A program made the position numbers and the translations under genes. A model generated the notes under the pieces. It worked only from the letters and a program-made list of their open reading frames with translations. It did not search any database and had not been told where the DNA came from. From the NCBI RefSeq assembly GCF_032191835.1, contig NC_083228.1:93868001-93932000 (forward strand): a stretch of 64,000 bases of DNA, in the 5' to 3' direction. This document shows, in pieces, positions 36,375 to 46,078 of this stretch (position 1 is its first letter; every line of letters starts with the position of its first letter). The DNA is from Heteronotia binoei. Its lineage: Eukaryota.

Positions 36375-37744
36375 AAGAAAGCAAAGATAGTGGACGGAAG
36401 AAATGGAGAGAAAGGTCAGGAATATTATGAGAGAGAGAGAGTGAGAGAGGGTGGGTGGGTGACATGGAAACAAAGCAAAAAGACAGGAGGACGGAGGGAT
36501 GAACATCCACCCCTCTCCTCCTCCCCATGACTCCCACTTACCCACCATGAAGTTTCCAATGATGTGCTTGCAGCTGTCCATCCCCAAGGACAAGGCGAAG
36601 CAGGCTGGGGCCTGGGCGGAGAAGTGAAGCAGGCCCACGCAGGCCGCCTCTCTGCCCCTGCAGGGAGTAGTGGGGCGGGGCCTGCTCCTGCTCCTCCAGC
36701 GTTGCTGCTCAGGGTCCTAGAAGGACCCAGATTCGGGGCTTCTCTGCTCGCTGTGCTGCTTCTCCGAGATGGGCTCAGGCTGAGCCCATCTCGGAAAAGC
36801 AGCCACGGCGAGCGGAGCAGAGGCCGCCGCGCNNNNNNNNNNNNNNNNNNNNNNNNNNNNNNNNNNNNNNNNNNNNNNNNNNNNNNNNNNNNNNNNNNNN
36901 NNNNNNNNNNNNNNNNNNNNNNNNNNNNNNNNNNNNNNNNNNNNNNNNNNNNNNNNNNNNNNNNNNNNNNNNNNNNNNNNNNNNNNNNNNNNNNNNNNNN
37001 NNNNNNNNNNNNNNNNNNNNNNNNNNNNNNNNNNNNNNNNNNNNNNNNNNNNNNNNNNNNNNNNNNNNNNNNNNNNNNNNNNNNNNNNNNNNNNNNNNNN
37101 NNNNNNNNNNNNNNNNNNNNNNNNNNNNNNNNNCCCGCCAGCCGCCCCCCCGCCAGCCGCCCCCCCCCTGCTTTCGGCTTACCTTGATCCAGGGCGGTGG
37201 CGGCCTCTCCTCTGGGCTGCTGGCGGGGCTGGCGGTGGCTGCGGAGGCCGGGAAGGTGGCGGAGAGGCCGGCGCTGGTCTCTGGAGGCCTCCAGGGACCA
37301 GCGCCAGCCTCTCCACGCTGCCTCCGCTGGTCTCTGGAGGCCTCCAGGGACCAGCGCTGGCCTCTCCACGGCCTCCGCTGGCCTCTGGAGGCCTCCAGGG
37401 ACCAGCGCCGGCCTCTCCACGGCCTCCGCTGGCCTCTGGAGGCCCTCCAGGGACCAGCAGCGGCCTTTCCACGGCCTCCACCACCGCCGCCGGACCCCGC
37501 GCGCGGGCGGGGAAGGCGGGGAGTGAGGCAGCCAGCGTCCCTGCGCGTGCGCACACCGCCGTGCGCACGCACAGGGACGCTGGCTGCCTCACTCCCCGCC
37601 TTCCCGGCCCGCGCGCGCAGCCCGCCGGCTCCCTGCTGGCTATACCGGACTTTCTAATGGTCCCGGTATAGGCAGCCCGGGAGCTGGGAATTGGTGGCCA
37701 GAACCGGGAAAGTCCCGGGAGACCGGGACAGTCTGGTCACCCTA
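36375..37744. mobile_element. GC-rich non-autonomous hAT-like element with an internal 51-bp tandem repeat and hairpins
   Basis: Right end ...ccgggacagtctggtcacccta resembles the TAGGG-type TIR of other MITEs here. About 4 copies of a 51-bp unit at 37271-37480. The left end was not seen and may lie in the gap. Confidence 0.5.
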
Positions 37745-37964
37745 CCTACAGCATACAGTAGAACTACAGATAACATTAGAATTTCTATAGCCAATCCATA
37801 TACAAAAGAACCCTTTCAGGTAACCTCCTCCATTAGCATGCCACAGCCCAGGAAGCTCCCACAAGATAATGACTCATTCATAGTCCACCTGCCTGTGTAG
37901 ATAAAAATTACCTGCCTACCAACTACTTCTTAATTTGACCCAGAGAGAACTCCAGTTTTCTTGG

Positions 37965-38063
37965 TTACACCTCTGAGGATGCCAGTCACGGTTGCTGGTG
38001 AAACGTCAGGTCTCACAATGCCAAGACCACGGACACACAGCCCGGAAAATCTACAACAACCAA
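37965..38063 (+). mobile_element. Penelope-like terminal remnant
   Basis: cctctgaggatgccagtcacggttgctggtgaaacgtcagg...cagcccggaaaatctacaacaacca resembles recalled squamate Penelope pseudo-LTR ends. Confidence 0.6.
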
Positions 38064-40589
38064 ATGAAATATTTTCATCCTAAAATCACAACATAAAATA
38101 TAGGCAATACCCAGGGGTTATTTCATAGAAAATGAGGTGGCGGAGCTTGTTAGCACAACTCATTTGCATATGCCACACACCCCTGACATCACTGGAAATT
38201 GTACTAAATTATATCAGTATCTACCTTAAAATGCTTCTTGAATTATAATTGTCATAATAAAACCTTGCTACCATCATGCTTTTTAAATTACTTTTTCCTA
38301 TGTTGCCACAGTGGCATGAAGAAGATTTTCATCTATCTTCTTTATGTTTTGGCTATTTCCCGATTTTTTATGAGGGGAAATATCAGAAAGTTTCTCAAAT
38401 CCTTAGAGTTCAGCAAAATTCTCACTTGATAAAATTCTCACAAGGGGGTTTGAACAAAGGAGCAAGTATTAGGGGGACAGGGGTAAGAAAGAAAGAACAC
38501 AAAATGTAGAGGTTCTGGAGCTCCATTCCTGTGAACTCCTGCCCAAAATGAGGCCTGGTAAATAGAGGTGAATGGTTCTCATAAATGGAGGTGAATGGTT
38601 TTCCACAATTATAAATATCTATGGTGCTTTACATGGTATTTTTCCATGTGGGTTTATTTCCATGTGGCATTTTTCTGTGTGGGCTTTTTCCATGTGGACT
38701 TTTTCCCTATGACTATTTATGATCATGGTTTTTTCTCTGTGAGCTTTTTTTCCTGTGGGCTTTTTTCTATTTACTGATACCACCAACTGCAGAATTGGAA
38801 TTTGTTTTTAGAGTGTTATATTGTTTTTAGATTGTATATTGTTTTATTCAATGTATCTGATATTAACCTTGTATTATTGACTGTTGTTACCTGCTCAGAG
38901 CCCATTTTGGAAAGGGTAGACTATAAATCTAAATAAATAAATAAATTGAGGAACACCTTTAATGATAAATTTCTAGTATCCTCTTCCTGGAAGAAGCCTT
39001 CAGAAGAATCAGCAAGCAGAGTTCTTTGAGGTGGAACAGCTGTCACACAAGTTCATATATGGACAAGCTGTTACAGAAAGACATTATGTGCAGGGCAGTA
39101 GCCAGCAGGGGGTGTGGGTCACAGGGTTGCACCCCTTATTGAATCTGCAGCACCCCCTATTGTATCTCCACCTCAGGAGCACCCATACCTCAATCCTCAC
39201 CATTCTTCGAGTTTGAATCTTAAGCCATGCCACAAATGACTCAAAACAATTTCCCAACCCTCCTTCCTTCTTCATGAGGAGCCCTACCTGGGGTGGGTGG
39301 GTTCCCATCCCTTCCCCTCCACCAAGCCAGATGAGATCCTCCTGTGAGGATAGTCTAGCCCACTGCCTGACCTAACCTAGGTCTCCATGTCAACACTGGC
39401 CACCAGGACAACAGCTGCCCATGTTTGAAATACCCACAGTGGCCTGCCCCTCAGAGAAAAGAGAGTGCACATTGAAAGAGGAAAAGCTGGTGACCACCTA
39501 CCTGGGTAAGGAGATACTCCTCCCCTCCATTGCACCAGGGCAGTGGGGGAGGATCTTGCTGCTGGCATGGTGCAATGTGACCAGATAGCAATGCTACCCA
39601 ACCCCCAAGCCTCTTGTAATTTAATCAATCAATCCTTTGTTACCAGCCGTGAAAACCTGAAATCTTTGATAATCCTTTATTAGCATGTGAAATTAATATG
39701 ATGGAACATAAAATACAGATTGCTTTTTGGACTGAAGTTGGATAAATATACCATCAAATTGACTCTCTGGTTTCTTTTCAGATTGCATAAATCTTTCACC
39801 TCTGATAATTAATTTAATTTGATTAGCTACAGTAATTTAATGTAATTTGAACTAATTTAATTAGGGTGTCCCAGGGGGCCAAGAGACCCACCCACCAAAA
39901 AATTCCTGGCTACAGGCCTTTTTCCTTCCTTAAATGAATAGGGATCAGTAATATTTTCCTCAAATGTAAAGTGTGTGACCCTACGTGAGCAGGAATTGGG
40001 GAATTATGGGTAATCACCTACTTCAGACAACAGGTTGGATGGTGAAAGAGAAGGAAGTTGGAGAAGCAATCACTCTGAAACGCAAGTGCTGTTAAAGCAG
40101 AACAGGAGAGTTCTCATCATGGATATCAGAGATAAATGAGATGTGAACGGCACATGTACTATTGTTCTGAAGCCCATAAATAAGATCTCCAAAGATAGTG
40201 ACAGAAAATCCCACTACACCTTTTTGAATCAAGGAGAGAATGTGAGCACATGGAAAGACTGAATAAAATTACCTAGAGAGATGAAAAAAACAAAGCTTGG
40301 CAAAATGGACCAATTATAAGAGGACACTTGCAATTTCAGTCCTGTCTTCTAGTTGCTTTCCATCCTCTCCATCTGCCCGCTTTCATCCCTTCCCAGTTTC
40401 ACTCAAATACTGGATAATGTCTCTGACAAGGTCTGCCACACCCAGCAGCTATCTAAAAAGGGGGAAGTTAAAAGGACAGATATCTGTAAAAACAGGTTTT
40501 GGGAGCAATCTAAACAGGTCTGCACGGAAGTAAGTTTCATTAGATTCAGTGGGGCTAACTCCCAGGAAGAGTAATTGAGCAGATCAATG

Positions 40590-40800
40590 ATGTATAGTGG
40601 TTAGAGCGCTGAACTAAGACTAGGGGGGCGGGGACGGAGTTCAAATCCCAGTGGCCATGAAACTTTTTGGTGACCTTGGCCCTTTCTTCTCCCTCAGCTT
40701 AATATATCTCACAGGGTTGTTGTGCAGCTAAAATGGAGGGAAGAGCCATGCATGCTGCCCTGAGCTCTTTAGAGGAATGGCATGATAAAAATATAATAAA
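40590..40800 (+). mobile_element. MIR-like SINE
   Basis: tagtggttagagc ... gagttcaaatccc ... ctcacagggttgttgtg ... A-rich tail. Confidence 0.65.
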
Positions 40801-40819
40801 TAACTATATTGTAAATCAA

Positions 40820-41805
40820 GCATTTTCAGTGAGATCTACCGTGACTCCAAGATCTCTCTCCTGGTCAGTTACTGCCAGTTTGGACCCCATCAATATATAT
40901 ATTTATAGTTGGGATTTTTTGATCCAATGTGCATTTGCCCCCCCAGTCGGAATGAAGAGGCAGACGCATTGTTGGGTTTTAAACCGGGCCGCTTTATTAG
41001 AATTAACAAATATAACTGGCAGGGGGGGGAAACCAGACCAGACAAGCCCTGGGGTCAACACCTGGACCCCGCCTTGTCCAAAGGGCGAGCCACCCTGCCC
41101 CCAGCACAAACCCGCCGTAATCGGGTTGTAACTGAGCGGCCAGGCCTCCAGCCATCACCAACCGGGCTGGCATCGATCCCCATGGAAAGATCCACCCAGG
41201 TGAGGCTCCCTGTGATCTGCATCACCGTACTGAGCCGTTTAGCCCATCTACGGTTCCTGCAGACCACCGCACCAACGGTGCTAGGCCATAGGTGCTCCCC
41301 TGGGAAACCCAGTGGCCAAACCTCATCCAGCCTGCGACCGAACTAATACTCACAAAACCTAACCTACTAGGCAGTACAAGGTAGGCGAAAAACACCCCCA
41401 CGTAGGCCAATTGTGCGGGAGTGAAAAAATTCCTACCTGGCCCCAAAAGGCGACCGGCATGAACCTGTACTGCCAACGGGAAGGGCGGGCGGGCAGAGAG
41501 CCGAAACAAAACTGCGTAGTAAGGCGGGAGCCGGGGCTTATATAGCCCCGACTCCGCGCCTTGCAAAAACACCCGTATGTCGGGTGATGTTGCTGCCCCT
41601 CCCTGCTTCCGGGGATGCAAAGACGGCCCCCAGCCTATAGCCTGCAAGCTGGCTCGGCTGGGAGGGGGCCGGACCTACTTTGCCTATGTTGAATCTCATT
41701 TGTCATGATGACACCCACTCACCCAGCCTTGACAGATCCCTCTGGAGTGCCTCACAATCCTCCCTGGTTCTTACTACCCTGAACAACTTAGCATCATCTG
41801 CAAAC
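40820..41805 (-). mobile_element. Old CR1 RT fragment split by the 40935-41675 insertion
   Basis: 41790-41805 reads on the - strand as FADDAKLFRV-like; both flanks carry typical CR1 ORF2 sequence. Confidence 0.65.
40935..41675 (-). mobile_element. Unclassified ~740-bp LTR-like repeat, copy 2, inserted in a CR1 fragment
   Basis: Homolog of 22464-23217. Its flanks rejoin to a CR1-RT-like stretch ccaatgtgcat|tactttgc with no duplication. Confidence 0.7.
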
Positions 41806-42083
41806 GAAGAAGAAGAAAAAGTAGTAGTTGGATTTATATCCCACCTTTCACTTGCTGCATGCCGAAATAAGGAGTGAATGTTTGCTGGGATCAGATCCAG
41901 TGTTTATTTGGTGTAAATATTCCACTTAATACATACTGAGTTCTAGTCTTGGTCAAAGTCTACCAAATTCTTATTATAGCAATAGACCAAAGTAAAACAA
42001 GCTGACATTTAGACCAGTAAAACTCTGCTATCTTCTGAATAAGCATTTTCTTCCTCATTTTAGGAGATGTATGTTTGTGTATA

Positions 42084-42386
42084 GGCAGCCCCATGGTGCA
42101 GAGTAGTAAAGTTGCAGTACTGCAGTCTGAGCTCTCTGCTCATGACCTAAATTCAATCCTGGTGGAAGCTAGGTTCAGGTAGCCAGCTCGAGGTTCATTC
42201 AGCCTTCCATCCTTCCGAGGTCGGTAAAATGAGTACTCAGCTTGCTGGGGGGGGAGAGTGTAGATGACTGGGGAAGGCAATGGCAAACCACCCCGTAAAA
42301 AGTCTGCCATGAAAACGTTGTGATGCGATGTCACCTCAGAGTTGTAAACGACTGGTGCTTGCACAGGGAACTATCTTTACCTTTAT
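42084..42386 (+). mobile_element. Sauria SINE-like element
   Basis: tRNA-like head, central cagccttccatccttccgaggtcggtaaaatgagta, then ggggaaggcaatggcaaaccacc and an acctttacc-type tail. Confidence 0.85.
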
Positions 42387-42641
42387 ATGTGTATTAACAT
42401 CTAGTGCTAGAGCTCTGTACTATGATATTGAACTAATTCTATAGTTTATATATTCATTTATTGTCAACTATTACATGTTTGTGGACAGGCTAAAATCACA
42501 GAAGAGCTGAAAAAAATAAAGAAGCAAATTGCCAAAACTTCTATTTATGACAACTTTTAAACTGTAATGTTAACCAGAGAGAGGCATGGCACTTGAATTT
42601 TGATTAACTAGTAACATTCATTCTCTTTTTTCCTCTTCTAG

Positions 42642-42765
42642 GTTAATATTCTGCACAATTCCAACTCTAATATTATGGAATATGTAAACCATATGGTAAT
42701 ACAGCCACAGTTTCTCCAGTCAATACATCACCCAGAGGAGAGCATAAACAGTATTCATAGCTCAG
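42642..42765 (+). CDS. CLSTN2: Calsyntenin-2 coding exon (juxtamembrane ectodomain)
   Basis: Acceptor tttttcctcttctag, donor G|gtaaac. Encodes VNILHNSNSNIMEYVNHMVIQPQFLQSIHHPEESINSIHSS. 124 nt, phase 0 to 1. Confidence 0.92.
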
Positions 42766-43560
42766 GTAAACTGTATTAACACGGACTGAAAGATCATCTA
42801 GTTCAGTTTTCATTTTCTGGTGGTAGCCACCAAAATGGGTGTGAGCTTTTATAAGCATGGCAGGAGCAAATGAATGGCATTTCCATGTCATTGTCATGGG
42901 AAAGAACCATGGATAGGACCAATCTTTATCAATTTGTCCATCCTCTTAGGAGAGAGAATATAACCATGTTGTGAGAAGTTGTTCCTTGCACAAAAAGGGT
43001 TTCAAGAGAAGGATGACAGCACTACCTATGGCTCATCTAGCCTAGCACTTTGTTGGCCATCCCACACAATTTGATGTAAAAACTACTCTGCAACCCTCCA
43101 GCAGTGTGAGTCCATTTCCTTTCAAGTCAAGTCTGTCTACTTTGTACAGACTTGGGTTGTCCCAAAGCCTTCTGCACTGCTTAAGAAATCTAAACACTTT
43201 CTCCCTGAACTATCTCATCCATATATTAGCTACCCTCCTCCCTCTGTCTAGCTGGCCCTGTATGTAAAACAGGCAGTATTGCTAAGAAGGTTGCCTTAAA
43301 GGTTTTTAATTTTCCACCCAGCAACCTAATTTCCCCCCCCAGGACTGCACAACTGCACTTCCTACTGTGACTGATGTTACCAAGCACCATGAGCACTGAC
43401 TCCGCTCCTGCACCGTCTCCCAGCCTATTTAGGCAGTTCATAATGTCAACTTTTGCACCAGATACAAAGATCAATATGCAGTCAAAACACTGGTCACAGA
43501 CCCACCTTTATACATTGCTAAGGATTGGCGCTCCTATTATGCCTCCTTTTGTCCCCTTTA

Positions 43561-43726
43561 CAGGGCTTTTTTTTCTGGAAAAAGAGGTGCCGGAACTCTC
43601 AAGAGGGAAATGAAGGAGAAACACACAGGTGCCCCTCACGAACTTGTAAACATTTTTTGAGAATTTTATTTCCATAAAGAAGTTCTGGAACTCCTTTCTG
43701 CTGCATTCCCTGAGAAAAAAGCTCTG
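43561..43726. mobile_element. hAT-type MITE
   Basis: TIRs cagggctttttt / aaaaaagctctg; TSD ccccttta / ccctttta (7 of 8 match). Confidence 0.75.
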
Positions 43727-45061
43727 CCCTTTTATCCCTTCAGCATGAGAGAATATCCATTTGTTTGAGGAATGGGTGTCTTCTAAGAGATCTTTTCCTC
43801 CTCCTAGACTGACAGCCTCTGTTCCTCCCTTACAACAGTGGAACTGTCAACATGGCACTGGGATGCCTCTAGCATATTTCTGAATCTCCTCTAGCATATC
43901 TGTGAATGTCTACATACCTGTCTGCTTCTCTCAGCATCCTTAAAGGAGATGGAATAATTCTCTGGAACTCATCGCGCCGAGTACACACTTGCAATTTCTG
44001 TCTGGCAGGCATACATGCAACACTCTGCAATACATTGGATAGCTCTTATTTCCTTTCAGGCTTTCTACTTCCATTGCTGTCTGTCTTTTACTGCCTTTTA
44101 GTTTAAGATATGGTATTTATTTGACACTATGCAGTTATTCAATAGAGATAACTGAGTCTAGTGTACTGGTCTAGTGAGAACTGAGTCTAGTGCTTAGTTG
44201 CTGAACTCACACAGATGCCAAACTCTTTCATCTGTTACCCTTGATTGTTGGGTCTCAGAATTCTGACTGGCTTACAGGCTAGTCCTAAATAAATAACTAT
44301 GGCAAAACGTCCACCTTTCTGTTTGGCAAGTCAGAGTTCTTGAAACCTAGCTAATAAAACATACAGCGATTGCCATGTTCTATGGTGATTGAACAGTGGG
44401 TCGTGATCTAACGAGGTCAGTAGGGGCCTTTCAAGAGGCAGAGATCTCTACCTTGACACCTTTCTGGGCTTAAAATATTATCTGTAATCTTTAGAGTTAA
44501 ACTTAGTTTAGATCTAGGTATGCCTGTAACTAATGCTCTCAGCTACCACGGCAGAGTTGAAAGGTTGCAAGTTGCCACAGAAATTTCATCTGCAAACCAC
44601 CTAAATAATCCTGTGCAATGTACAAAAATTGTGAATCAGCTCACATTTTACATATTTAGAAGTGTGGCAACCCCAGAAATGGCCTTCTTGGTCAGGAGCT
44701 AAAACTCTCCACAGGGAGAGTCATCTGTTTCCCTCTTCTAGTAAAGACTTTTTTTTTTTTTGCTTTGTATGGTGTTCCCTCATTAACTTTCATTAGCTTT
44801 CCTCTCTGTTTTTGTGTCCTGGTGTGTATTTATATGCTTTGTTGAATTATTTTAAATATTTTATAGATTTTATTATGTATTTTAAAGATTGTTTGGATTG
44901 TTTGCAACCCTGGGGACCCTGTTGGGTGAAAAGGCAGCATACAAATGTTTTACATTTTCTATATGTGCTTCTCCATGTGTTCATATAAAATAAATAGGAT
45001 GTATATCTGTATGGATAGAATATAGAACAGATATTTTTACCCCATTTTTATTTCATTCTAG

Positions 45062-45246
45062 TACTGCCAAGTGTGGCTACAATTGTCATAGTAATCTGTG
45101 TCAGCATCCTAGTCTTCATTGTTGCTTTGGGGGCCTATAGAATTCGGTCAGCTTACCAACTTAGTTCAAAGGAAAATGAAGGCAGTAAAGAAAACGAAAT
45201 GGATTGGGATGATTCAGCTTTGACCATCACTGTCAATCCTATGGAG
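45062..45246 (+). CDS. CLSTN2: Calsyntenin-2 coding exon (transmembrane helix, first WD kinesin-binding motif, NP motif)
   Basis: Acceptor tttcattctag, donor GAG|gtaagc. Encodes (V)LPSVATIVIVICVSILVFIVALGAYRIRSAYQLSSKENEGSKENEMDWDDSALTITVNPME. 185 nt, phase 1 to 0. Confidence 0.96.
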
Positions 45247-45868
45247 GTAAGCAGCAAAACATAGCCAACAACCTTTTTAAGGTTTGGGATTCTCAATAGT
45301 TACTTTTAAAGTTAATTATTTGAAAGAGTGAAGATCGTATAATTGTATAAGACTGAAAGGGGCACTTGAAAGATGATCAGCCCAGCATTTTAGCCTAATG
45401 CAGGATTCCCCTCAAAGCCTGTCACCCTAGTTATGGCCTAATCAATCATAAAGCTAGGCTTATTTATAACACCACATCCAGTGAACAGCATGAATTGAGT
45501 AAAATCAGATCCCCTTTAGAGGGTGATCCCAAAGCCTCTTACTTGGTCCATAACTGTGATTGCCTAATATCATGCTTCTCCAAGTGGGAGGCTAAATGGG
45601 AAGGTGGTATAATGCTGATAAGCATCTCTTTGAAGTCCCCCTGCCCATAAGCAGCTCCACCTCCTGCTGTAAGGCTGGTACAATGACCTCCATGGTTTGA
45701 ACAGAGCCCTGAATGCGTATCAGCTGTCAGAAGTGAAATTTTGGTTTAGCAGTCTGTATTACAGCAATTGCTAGACATCTGGCAAAATAGTGATGCATTT
45801 CAGAACAGATAAGAATACTTTTTTTTCCTAAGTGGACTATTCCTCCTGTGTGTTTCTGCACAATATAG

Positions 45869-46078
45869 AAATATGAAGAGCCTTGTCATGCAGATGAAGA
45901 AAGTGAGGAGGACGTAGAAGATGAAGAAGATGATACAACCAGTACTGAGTCAGATGAAAGTGAAGAAGAGGAGGAAGAGGAGGAGGAAGAAGAAGATGCC
46001 ATTGGAAACAAACAAAACAAACAGAATACCACCAGGCAAGATCAGCTAGAGTGGGATGATTCAACACTACCTTACTAG
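45869..46078 (+). CDS. CLSTN2: Calsyntenin-2 last coding exon (acidic tail, second WD motif, stop)
   Basis: Acceptor ctgcacaatatag. 70 codons, KYEEPCHADEESEEDVEDEEDD...QDQLEWDDSTLPY then TAG at 46076-46078. The C-terminus LEWDDSTLPY matches recalled calsyntenin-2. Confidence 0.96.
   Translation, partial: KYEEPCHADEESEEDVEDEEDDTTSTESDESEEEEEEEEEEEDAIGNKQNKQNTTRQDQLEWDDSTLPY

Noticed and set aside
36425-37657. Long ORFs with 17-aa repeats
   Set aside because: They cross N gaps and stay open only because a 51-bp GC-rich unit and a palindrome lack stop codons.
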